Under the pieces are notes generated by a model that had not been told where the DNA came from, did not search any database, and saw nothing but the letters and a program-made list of their open reading frames with translations. A stretch of 64,000 bases of DNA, from the NCBI GenBank assembly GCA_963555825.3, contig CAUVXB020000002.1, positions 1,408,001-1,472,000 of the forward strand, in the 5' to 3' direction. Source of the stretch: Alphaproteobacteria bacterium. Lineage in GTDB: Bacteria > Pseudomonadota > Alphaproteobacteria > JAAXGF01. A program made the position numbers and the translations under genes. Below are positions 22,981-31,687 of this stretch, one piece after another (positions within the stretch are counted from its first letter, which is position 1; the number at the start of each line of letters is the position of its first letter).

Positions 22981-24155
22981 TACCAGTGAGCGCCTGAATT
23001 GACTCTCGGGATATTCATTGATGGCGGATGATGGCGGATTGTGATTCTATGGTCTCCCACCAGATGTGGGGGATGTCATGGGATCAGCACTCAAGATACG
23101 GGATGATTTGACGCCTTTGGAGCTTCGGCGCTGGGCTCGCGTGGAATCGTACGGTCGAGCGGCGGCGCGGGCCTATGGGATCGCGAATGCTTTGGAGGAG
23201 ATGCCCCGGGCTGATGCCGCGCGGCTTGCGGGGATGGATCGCCAAACGCTTCGCGACGCGGTTGTTCGTTACAATGCAAAGGGATTGGAGGGGCTTCACG
23301 ACCGTCCAAAGGGCTACTCGCCGCGGCGGCTGACGGCAGACGAGGAAGCGGCGCTGGCGGCGGTCATCATCGCCGGGCCGGAGCCTGAGCGCGACGGGGT
23401 TTGCGCCTGGACCCGGGCCGATCTGTGCCGCTGGCTGGAGGAGCGCTTCGCCAAGACCTACCACCCCTCGAGCATGACCCGGGTTCTACGGCGGATGGGA
23501 TTTTCCCGCCAGAAGGCGCGCCCGAGCCACCCGCGAAGGGACGCCGAAGCGCAGGAGCGCTTCAAAAAAGGGGGCTTCGCGACATCCTGAAGGCGACCGC
23601 CGCGGCGCATCCCGACAAGCGCCTACAGCTGTGGTTTCAGGATGAAGCGCGCGTCGGCAACAAGGGCCGGGTGTGTCACCGGTGGTGGCGCAGGGGCGAG
23701 CGTGCCCCCGGGACGCGTCAAATCGGCTACCAGTGGGCCTACATCTTCTCCGCCGTGCGCCCGGACACCGGCGACGACGTCACCCTGGTGATGCCGAGCG
23801 TCAACGCCAAGGTCATGGACCTGTTTCTCGCACACTTCGCCGATACCCTGGACCAGGATGCGCACGCCGTCATGATGTGCGACGGCGCCGGTTGGCACGA
23901 CGAGCGCGCCCTCACCGTCCCCGACAACGTCACCTTGGCGCTGTTGCCGCCTTACAGTCCCGAACTCAACCCCGTCGAGCGGGTTTGGCTCTACCTACGC
24001 GAACGCTTCCTATCGCTCCGCGTCCTCGACGACACCGAGGCCATCATCGACGCCTGTTGCCAAGCATGGATCGACCTCATCGCAGAACCGGATCGTATGC
24101 GAACCCTCTGCGCCTATCCATGGATCATGAAGGTGATTTCATAGGCTCACTTGTA
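22981..24155 (+). mobile_element. IS630-family element, copy 1 (1175 bp)
   Basis: Ends TACCAGTGAG...CTCACTTGTA; flanked by TTA/TTA; near-identical to 39664-40838. Confidence 0.95.
23078..24144 (+). CDS. IS630 transposase, two ORFs joined by a -1 frameshift
   Basis: HTH orfA; orfB with WFQDEAR, DGAGWH and LPPYSPELNPVE; slippery AAAAAAGGGGG at 23564-23574. Confidence 0.92.
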
Positions 24156-24300
24156 TTACAGGACGCCCTGGCCACTGCGCCGCTGAAGCACCCCGGGCCG
24201 GCTAAAGCGGCCAGGCCCGCGCGTCGGCTGGCTGGTCATCGTGCTGCTGCGCGGCCCGGGAAACATCGCTTACTAGGCGCTCTATAGCAGGAGGTACGGC

Positions 24301-25455
24301 ATGGCGGCGTTCGAGACGGGTGAGTATCGCGACCGGGTGGCGCGGGTATCGGCCGGCATGGCGGATGCCGGGGTCGACACGCTGGTGGTCTTCTCGGAAC
24401 CGCATATGTGCTTCCTGACCGGCTACGAGGGCCGCTCCGATTATGTCCCGCAGGTCACCGTGATCCGCGCCGGCGACCAGGACGCGCGCGTCATCCTGCG
24501 CGAGATGGACATTCACTGCGCCACCCCGACCGTCTATCTCGACGCCTCGCGCATCGAGAGCTACCCGGAGAGCTATATCGGCACGCCCGAGCGCTCGCCC
24601 TGGCAGGTCATCGGCCAGCGCGTCGCGGAGATCGCCAACGGCGGCCGCATCGGCCTCGAGCTGGGCGCCGACAACTTCTCCTTCGCCGACCACCAGGCGC
24701 TGACCCGCGCGCTGGGCGACCGACCGCTGGTCGACGCGAGCGACCTGGTGAGCCGGGCGCGGATCAAGAAATCGCCGGCCGAGCTCGGCTACATGCGCGA
24801 CGCCGCCAAGATCGTCGACCGGGCGCTGCAGAACGGCATCGCAGAGATCGCCGAGGGGGTGCGCCAGTGCGACGTCGCGGCGCGCATCACCCACGACCTG
24901 ATCGCCGGCACGCCCGAGCGCGGCGGCGACGCGACCAAGGCGGTGACCATGCCGACCGGGCCGGGCGTCGCCCAGGCGCCGCACCTCAAATGGACCGACC
25001 AGCCGTTCCGCCCGGGCGACCAGACCGACTTCGAGGCCGGCGCCTTCGTGCACCGCTACTGCTGCGCGCTGTCGCGCACGTCCTATCTGGGCGACCCGCC
25101 AGCGCGCCTGCTTCACGTCCACGACGCGGTCCTGGCGGGCTTCGAGGCGGCGCTCGACGCGGTCCGCCCGGGCGCCACCTGCGGCGACGTGCACCGCGCC
25201 TTCGCGGCGGCGTTCTATCCGCGCGGCGTGCGCAAGGAATCGCGCATCGGCTATTCGATCGGGCTCGATTGGAGCGACTTGTGCTTCAGTCTGCAGGACG
25301 ACGACGAAACGCCGCTCGAGACCGACTACACCTTTCACCTCATCATCGGCGTCTGGGAACACGACGACGCCTATGTCTTCAGCGAAACCATCCGGGTCGG
25401 CGAACGGCGCGGCGAGAGTCTCTCGACGACGCCGCGCATTCTCTTTGTGCGCTAA
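24301..25455 (+). CDS. M24/Xaa-Pro peptidase-fold hydrolase, ectoine hydrolase (DoeA/EutD)-like
   Basis: Motifs EYRDRVAR, FLTGYEG, IKKSPAELGYMR, APHLKWTD and SRIGYSIG. Confidence 0.8.
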   Translation: MAAFETGEYRDRVARVSAGMADAGVDTLVVFSEPHMCFLTGYEGRSDYVPQVTVIRAGDQDARVILREMDIHCATPTVYLDASRIESYPESYIGTPERSPWQVIGQRVAEIANGGRIGLELGADNFSFADHQALTRALGDRPLVDASDLVSRARIKKSPAELGYMRDAAKIVDRALQNGIAEIAEGVRQCDVAARITHDLIAGTPERGGDATKAVTMPTGPGVAQAPHLKWTDQPFRPGDQTDFEAGAFVHRYCCALSRTSYLGDPPARLLHVHDAVLAGFEAALDAVRPGATCGDVHRAFAAAFYPRGVRKESRIGYSIGLDWSDLCFSLQDDDETPLETDYTFHLIIGVWEHDDAYVFSETIRVGERRGESLSTTPRILFVR

Positions 25456-25691
25456 GCGCGTGTCTGGTGGCGCCGGATGAAGCGCTGGGTGGTCAGGAAG
25501 GTGAGCAGGGCGGCGACGCCGACCGCCGCCGAGACGAGGGCCGCGAGGGCCGGATCGGCGAGGCCGGCGCTCGCCGAGAGGTCGGCGGCGGCGGCGCCGG
25601 CGGCGAGAATGCCGAGCGCGCCGAGGGCGACGCCGGGGTGGGCGTAGAGCAACATGTTGGTGTCGGTCGCCGCGATGCTCGCCTGGGTCAT
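25452..25691 (-). CDS. Small hypothetical membrane protein
   Basis: Two hydrophobic segments; GAGGAG RBS. Confidence 0.6.
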   Translation of the reverse strand: MTQASIAATDTNMLLYAHPGVALGALGILAAGAAAADLSASAGLADPALAALVSAAVGVAALLTFLTTQRFIRRHQTRA

Positions 25692-25853
25692 GATCGTCTC
25701 CTCGGTTTATCGGTCCGCCTACGAGACCCACCATAGACGCCGCATGTCGAAGGTTTTTGTCGCCCGTGTCGTGAATTGTAACGTTTTGTCGCCGCGCACG
25801 CGCCACGCGGCCGAAGAATTGAGAGCGCCGTGAGACGGAATTGAGGCGGCCGC

Positions 25854-26477
25854 TCAGCCGCCTCGGCCGCCGGGGCAGCGCGCCGCGATGGTCGCGGCGA
25901 TGTCGATCAGCTCGTCGAGGTCGATCAGGGTCTCGACGTAACCGTCGGTGTGGACGCGGAGCCGCGCACCGTCGAGCCGGATGTCGAGGCGCGGCAGGCG
26001 CGCGGCCAGCAGCTTGCGGCGCAGGCGAGTGTCCAACAGGCGGGCGGCGAAGTCCTCGTTGTTCCACTTCATCCGAAACGCGGTGTCGAACGCGTGATCG
26101 CCGGTCGCCGGGCGGCCGTCGGGCGGCGGCTGGCCGAGCCGCCGGGTGGCGTCGGCCGTCGCCTCGACGTCGCGCCGCGCGAGGCGGAGCTGCTGGCCGG
26201 TATCGACGCCGAGCGCCACGTCGACGAAGCAGAACGGGCCGCCGTCGGGCCCCTCGCCGCCGCTCGTCGGCATCGCGCCGACGTGGAAGCGGCGGCCGTC
26301 GATCTCGAAGTGGAGCTGCGGCAGCACCAGCGAGGTGCCCGGCGTCACGCTGCCGCGGCGCTTGGCGGCGGCCAGGCCGAACAGCCGGCCGAGGTCGCGG
26401 CTGCGCCGGGTGTGCTCGCGGTAGGCGTAGAAGAGCGCCGCGCCGATGACCGCGACGATGATGAACCACCAGTGCAT
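25854..26477 (-). CDS. Hypothetical protein with N-terminal membrane anchor
   Basis: Starts MHWWFIIVAVIGAALFYAY; co-oriented directly after DUF1192. Confidence 0.65.
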   Translation of the reverse strand: MHWWFIIVAVIGAALFYAYREHTRRSRDLGRLFGLAAAKRRGSVTPGTSLVLPQLHFEIDGRRFHVGAMPTSGGEGPDGGPFCFVDVALGVDTGQQLRLARRDVEATADATRRLGQPPPDGRPATGDHAFDTAFRMKWNNEDFAARLLDTRLRRKLLAARLPRLDIRLDGARLRVHTDGYVETLIDLDELIDIAATIAARCPGGRGG

Positions 26478-26492
26478 GGCGAGAATTCCGGG

Positions 26493-26675
26493 TTAGCCCC
26501 GGAAGAAGCCCTCGGCCTCGTTGCGCGCGTCGCCCTTGTCGGCGATGACCGCGCGGGCCCGGTCAATCTCGGACTCGAGCCCGGCGATGTAATCCTCGAG
26601 CGCCTCGATCGACATCTGCTCGAGGTTCTTCGGCACGGGCTTGACGTTGCGCGGCATCAAATCGTCTTCGTCCAT
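26493..26675 (-). CDS. DUF1192 small coiled-coil protein
   Basis: MDEDDL..LEQMSIEALEDYIAGLESEIDR..AEGFF; divergent from a quinone oxidoreductase, as is common in alphaproteobacteria. Confidence 0.85.
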   Translation of the reverse strand: MDEDDLMPRNVKPVPKNLEQMSIEALEDYIAGLESEIDRARAVIADKGDARNEAEGFFRG

Positions 26676-26811
26676 CGGCCCATCCCCGTTGTTCGCGGAA
26701 CGCCGGCTATTATAATTGCCGCGTTCGCGTCCCGGAAGGCCGCGCGTTGGGCCTTCCATCGCCATGCCTGCTGGGGCAGAGTGGCGCGCCGCCCATCACG
26801 AGGAGCCGACG

Positions 26812-27801
26812 ATGACCGAGACCATGACCGCCATCGAGATCGCCGAGCCCGGCGGGCCTGAGGTGCTGCGGCCCGTCGAGCGCCCGCGGCCCGCGCCCGG
26901 CGTCGGCGAGCTGCTGATCGAGGTCGCCGCCGCCGGCGTCAACCGGCCCGACGTGCTGCAGCGCCAGGGCGGCTATCCGCCGCCGCCGGGCGCGTCCGAT
27001 ATTCCCGGGCTCGAGGTCGCCGGCACGGTCGCAGCACTCGGCCCCGGCGCCCATGGCTGGCAAATCGGCGACCCGGTCTGCGCGCTGGTCTCGGGCGGCG
27101 GCTATGCCGAGTTCTGCGCGGCGCCGACCGCGCAGTGCCTGCCGGTGCCCGAGGGCTTCGACATGACGCAAGCCGCGGCGCTGCCCGAGACTTTCTTCAC
27201 GGTCTGGACCAACGTCTTCCAGCGCGGCCGGCTGCAGGCCGGCGAACGATTCCTGGTCCACGGCGGCTCGTCAGGCATCGGCACGACGGCGATCCAGATC
27301 GCCGCGGCGCGCGGCGCGCGGGTCTTCGCGACCGCCGGCACGGCCGACAAATGCGCGGCCTGCGAGCGGCTCGGCGCCGAGCGCGCGATCAACTACCGCG
27401 ACGAGGACTTCGTCGCCGTCGTCAAGCAGGCGACCGGCGGCGAAGGCGTCGACGTCATCCTCGACATGGTCGGCGGCGACTACATCCAGCGCAACATCAA
27501 GGCGCTGCGCACCGAGGGCCGCATCGTCTACATCGCCTTCCTCGGCGGGTCCAAGGCCGAGATCGACTTCCTGCCGCTGATGCTCAAGCGCGCGACGCTC
27601 ACCGGCTCGACGCTTCGGCCGCGCTCGGTCGAGCAGAAGAGCGCGATCGCCGACGAGCTGCGCGCCGAGGTCTGGCCGCTGTTGGACGCCGGGCGCATCG
27701 CGCCGGTCATCGATTCGACGTTTGCGCTGGCCGACGCGGCGGGCGCGCATGCGCGCATGGACGGCGGCGAACACATCGGCAAGATCGTGCTGACGGTGTA
27801 A
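26812..27801 (+). CDS. NAD(P)H-quinone oxidoreductase (PIG3/zeta-crystallin family)
   Basis: Motifs GVNRPDVLQRQG, HGGSSGIGT, GSTLRPR and HIGKIVL. Confidence 0.93.
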   Translation: MTETMTAIEIAEPGGPEVLRPVERPRPAPGVGELLIEVAAAGVNRPDVLQRQGGYPPPPGASDIPGLEVAGTVAALGPGAHGWQIGDPVCALVSGGGYAEFCAAPTAQCLPVPEGFDMTQAAALPETFFTVWTNVFQRGRLQAGERFLVHGGSSGIGTTAIQIAAARGARVFATAGTADKCAACERLGAERAINYRDEDFVAVVKQATGGEGVDVILDMVGGDYIQRNIKALRTEGRIVYIAFLGGSKAEIDFLPLMLKRATLTGSTLRPRSVEQKSAIADELRAEVWPLLDAGRIAPVIDSTFALADAAGAHARMDGGEHIGKIVLTV

Positions 27802-27830
27802 TACCAGGGCTCAGACGCCGTGGACGGCTC

Positions 27831-28934
27831 CTAGAAGCTATCGGCCAGGTGGGCCGCGACCGCCTTCTCGTTCCATGCCAGTCCGACGCCCGGCACGTTC
27901 GGGATATGCAGCGCGCCATCTTTGATCCGGTATGGCTGTTCAAGAATCGGATCGGCCCAATCCTGCCATTCGAGCCAGTGCGCGGTTTCGGTCACGCGCA
28001 TGACGTGGGCCGCCACTTCGGGATAGAGGTGGGTCGAAACCGGAATGCCCGCCGCGCCCGCGATCGCCGCCGCGCGCTGCCAGCCGGTGACGCCGCCGAT
28101 GCGCATGAAATCGGGCATGACGTAGTCGCAGGCCTTCATCTTCAGGGCGGTTTGCAGCGCCCGCGGGCCGTAGAAGTTCTCGCCGATCTGGATCGGTGTC
28201 TTCAGCTCGGCGGTGAGCCGCGCGTAACCCTCGAGGTCGTCGTAGACGATCGGCTCCTCGATCCAGGCGAGGCCGAGATCGTCGATCGCGTGGCACCGCT
28301 CCAAGGCCTCGCCGAGGTGAAGGCCCTGGTTGAAATCGATCATCAGCGCCATGTCGCCGCCGACGGCGTCGCGGACCGCCGCGATCGCCGCCAGGTCGTC
28401 GTCGATGCGATCGCGGCCGAGGCGCAGCTTAAGGCCGCGGAAACCGCCTTCGTCGCGCAAGGCGGCCGCCTCGTCGGCGAGCTCGCCGGGCGGCTTGAGC
28501 CAGAGCCCGTTGGAGTTGTACGCCGGCACGGCGCCGACACTGCCGCCCAAGAGGACGCACAAGGGCAGGCCGGCGGCCATCGCGAGCGCGTCCCAGACCG
28601 CCATGTCCATGCCGGCGACGGCGATCATGGACAGGCCCTCGTAGCCGACGAAATGCAGCGACTTGCGGCCCGCTTCCCAGAGGTCGTCCGGCGCCAGCCG
28701 GCGCCCTTCGAGCGCCTCGCCCAGATCGTGGATGGCGGGGATCAGGTAGCGCATTGCCTTGGCGATGTATGGCTCGAGATAACTTCGCCCCACGACTCCC
28801 TCGTTCGTGTAGAGATCGATCAGGATCAGCGGCCAATCGGTAAGCGTCGCGATCCGCGCGACGACGGGCCGCTCGAGCTTGAGCACGACGGGGCGCGCCT
28901 CGATGCGCTTAAGGGTCAAGGTCTCGAACGTCAT
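27831..28934 (-). CDS. Mandelate racemase-like enolase-superfamily enzyme
   Basis: Motifs DFNQ, WIEEP, IGEN, MPDFMRIGGVTGW, STHL and HWLE. Confidence 0.9.
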   Translation of the reverse strand: MTFETLTLKRIEARPVVLKLERPVVARIATLTDWPLILIDLYTNEGVVGRSYLEPYIAKAMRYLIPAIHDLGEALEGRRLAPDDLWEAGRKSLHFVGYEGLSMIAVAGMDMAVWDALAMAAGLPLCVLLGGSVGAVPAYNSNGLWLKPPGELADEAAALRDEGGFRGLKLRLGRDRIDDDLAAIAAVRDAVGGDMALMIDFNQGLHLGEALERCHAIDDLGLAWIEEPIVYDDLEGYARLTAELKTPIQIGENFYGPRALQTALKMKACDYVMPDFMRIGGVTGWQRAAAIAGAAGIPVSTHLYPEVAAHVMRVTETAHWLEWQDWADPILEQPYRIKDGALHIPNVPGVGLAWNEKAVAAHLADSF

Positions 28935-29268
28935 CGCGCGCCTCTATCCAAGATAACCTTCGCCACAACGCTACTGCGGCCAAGCACGATCTGCCAGACG
29001 CAATGCCGGTATTCGGTCGGGGTTATTGTACAACCCGGTCGGGTATACGACGACGGTTCCTGGCCGCGCCCTGTCTCAGGCACCGCGCGAGAACGGTAAC
29101 CCCGTGGCCGAACAGCTCGGAATTCGAGCCAGCCGGCGCAAAAAGGATACCGCAACCCTTTGCCACGGCGCGAAAAGCGGTTATATGCTGCTGTGAGAAC
29201 GGACATCCGGCACACTCGCGTGCCCGCCGGACACCCCATGTAACAGTCCAGGCTTTCGAGGAGGTGAC

Positions 29269-29826
29269 ATGCCGCCACCGCTGATGCCCAAGGCCACCGC
29301 CGTGTGGCTGGTCGAGAATTCGGTTTTGACCTTCCAGCAGATCGCCGATTTCTGCGGCCTGCACGCGCTCGAGGTGCAGGCGATCGCCGACGGCGAGGTC
29401 GGCACCGGCATCATCGGTCTCGATCCGGTCGCCAACGGCCAACTTGCCAAGGACGAGCTCGAACGCTGCAGTGCCGACCCGAGTGCGCGCCTCGAACTGG
29501 TCAAGCCGCGCGAACTGCCCAAGATCAAGAATCGCGGCGCGCGCTACACGCCGGTCTCCAAGCGTGGCGACAAGCCCGACGCGATCGCCTGGCTGGTGCG
29601 CAACCATCCCGAGATCAGCGACGCGCAGGTCTCCAAGCTCTTGGGCACGACCAAGACGACGATCAAGGCGGTGCGCGAGCGCACCCACTGGAACTCGCCC
29701 AACATCCGGCCGCGCGATCCGGTGCTGCTTGGGCTCTGCACCCAGATATCGCTCAACCAGGTGATCGCGCGCAACCAAGCCGACACCGGCGTCGCGGCCA
29801 AGCAGGGCGGCGCGGCGCCGGGCTGA
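29269..29826 (+). CDS. trcR: DUF1013 cell-cycle transcriptional regulator TrcR
   Basis: Motifs MPKATAVWLVEN..IADFCGLH.LEV, RYTPVSKR.DKP and RTHWN. Confidence 0.9.
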   Translation: MPPPLMPKATAVWLVENSVLTFQQIADFCGLHALEVQAIADGEVGTGIIGLDPVANGQLAKDELERCSADPSARLELVKPRELPKIKNRGARYTPVSKRGDKPDAIAWLVRNHPEISDAQVSKLLGTTKTTIKAVRERTHWNSPNIRPRDPVLLGLCTQISLNQVIARNQADTGVAAKQGGAAPG

Positions 29827-29841
29827 CCCGGAATTCTCATC

Positions 29842-31488
29842 ATGGCCGGGGACGACGGCACAGCCAACATCTACGAGAGCGGCCTCGACAAGAACGCGGC
29901 CAATTACGTGCCGCTGACGCCGTTGAGCTATCTGGCGCGCTCGGCCGCCGTCTACCCCGACCGGACGGCATGGATCCACGGGCCCCGCCGCGCCAGCTAC
30001 GTAGAATTTTACGCACGCTGCCGGCGCCTCGCCTCGGCGCTCACGCGGCGCGGCATCGGCGCGGGCGACACGGTCGCCGTCATGGCGCCCAACGTGCCGG
30101 CGATCCTCGAGGCGCATTACGGCGTGCCGATGACCGGCGCCATCTTGAACACGCTCAACATCCGGCTCGACGCGGCGACCATCGCGTTTATCCTCGAGCA
30201 CGGCGAGGCCAAGGCGCTGATCACCGACCGCGAGTTCTCAGCCACCATCGAAGCCGCGCTCGCCGAGACCAGCGCCACGCCGATCATCATCGACATCGAC
30301 GACGCGCTCTACCAGGGCGACGGCAAGCGGCTCGGCGAGATCGAGTACGAGGACTTCATCGCCGCCGGCGACCCGGATTACGCCTGGACCGGCCCGGCCG
30401 ACGAGTGGCAGGCCATCTCGCTCAACTACACCTCGGGCACGACGGGCAAACCCAAGGGCGTCGTCTATCACCACCGGGGCGCCTATCTGAACGCCATCGG
30501 CAATGCGCTTGGCTGGGGCATGGCGACCGGCTCGGTCTATCTCTGGACGCTGCCGATGTTCCACTGCAACGGCTGGTGCTACCCGTGGACCATGGCGGCG
30601 ATGGGCGGCACCCAGGTGTGCCTGCGCAAGGTCGAGGCGGGCGCCATCTTCGACGCCATCGCCGACCACGGGGTGAGCCATTTCTGCGGCGCGCCGATCG
30701 TCCTCAACATGCTTGTCAACGCGCCCGAGGAGGCACGCCGGCCGCTCGGCCGCACGGTCGAGGTGATGACCGCGGCGGCGCCGCCGCCGGCCTCGGTGAT
30801 CGCGGCGATGGAGGACATGGGTTTCCACGTCACCCACGCCTATGGCCTGACCGAGAGCTACGGTCCCGCCGTGGTGTGTGCCTGGCACGACGAATGGGAC
30901 GCCCTGCCGGTCGACGAGCAGGCCCGCGTCAAGGCGCGCCAGGGTGTCGCCTACCCCGTGCTCGAGGGCCTCATGATCGGCGATCCCGAAACGCTCTCGC
31001 CGTGCCCGGGCGACGGCGCGACGATGGGCGAGACGTTCATGCGCGGCAACATCGTCATGAAGGGCTACCTGAAGAACCCGCAAGCCACCGAGGCGGCCTT
31101 CGCCGGCGGCTGGTTCCATACCGGCGATCTCGGCGTCATGCACGACGACGGCTATATCGAGCTCAAGGACCGCGCCAAGGACGTCATCATCTCGGGCGGC
31201 GAGAACATCTCGACCATCGAGGTCGAGAGCGTGCTTTATCGGCATCCGGCGGTGCTCGAGGCCGCGGTGGTCGCGCGGCCCGACGAGAAATGGGGCGAGA
31301 CGCCCTGCGCCTTCGTCACGCTGAAGGACGGCGCCGAGGCGGTCGACGACCAGACGCTGATCGATTTTTGCCGCGACAACATGGCGCATTTCAAGGCGCC
31401 CAAGTCCGTCGTCTTCGGGCCGCTGCCCAAGACCTCGACCGGCAAGGTTCAGAAGTTCGTGCTGCGCGACCGCGCAAAAGAGCTATGA
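29842..31488 (+). CDS. Acyl-CoA synthetase (AMP-binding)
   Basis: Motifs YTSGTTGKPKG, YGLTE, GWFHTGD and PKTSTGK. Confidence 0.93.
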   Translation: MAGDDGTANIYESGLDKNAANYVPLTPLSYLARSAAVYPDRTAWIHGPRRASYVEFYARCRRLASALTRRGIGAGDTVAVMAPNVPAILEAHYGVPMTGAILNTLNIRLDAATIAFILEHGEAKALITDREFSATIEAALAETSATPIIIDIDDALYQGDGKRLGEIEYEDFIAAGDPDYAWTGPADEWQAISLNYTSGTTGKPKGVVYHHRGAYLNAIGNALGWGMATGSVYLWTLPMFHCNGWCYPWTMAAMGGTQVCLRKVEAGAIFDAIADHGVSHFCGAPIVLNMLVNAPEEARRPLGRTVEVMTAAAPPPASVIAAMEDMGFHVTHAYGLTESYGPAVVCAWHDEWDALPVDEQARVKARQGVAYPVLEGLMIGDPETLSPCPGDGATMGETFMRGNIVMKGYLKNPQATEAAFAGGWFHTGDLGVMHDDGYIELKDRAKDVIISGGENISTIEVESVLYRHPAVLEAAVVARPDEKWGETPCAFVTLKDGAEAVDDQTLIDFCRDNMAHFKAPKSVVFGPLPKTSTGKVQKFVLRDRAKEL

Positions 31489-31687
31489 TGCGCAAAGCCC
31501 CAGTTCCTGTGGCTTTGCTGCGTTCAAACGCCACGCAGGCCATTCTTTTCGAATCAAGATTGGCCGCAGGGGCGGCGGCCCGCAGTCGCGGGCTACGACG
31601 ACCGAACCGGTATGGCCGGTTTGATCGTCGATTCGATGCGAAGGCCGTCAAGTTCCGAGGTAGGTTCAAATCGAGTCCCGCCACGCC

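Larger units (their letters stand above)
22637..24186 (+). pseudogene. SnoaL/NTF2-like protein interrupted near its 3' end by IS630
   Basis: YIEGWNSMDAEKLLVSVTDDFLFDDP; removing the IS restores the ending ..TYYRTPWPLRR*. Confidence 0.7.

Noticed and set aside
29020-29036. Palindrome GGGTTATTGTACAACCC as a GntR-type operator
   Set aside because: One short site and no cognate regulator in the window
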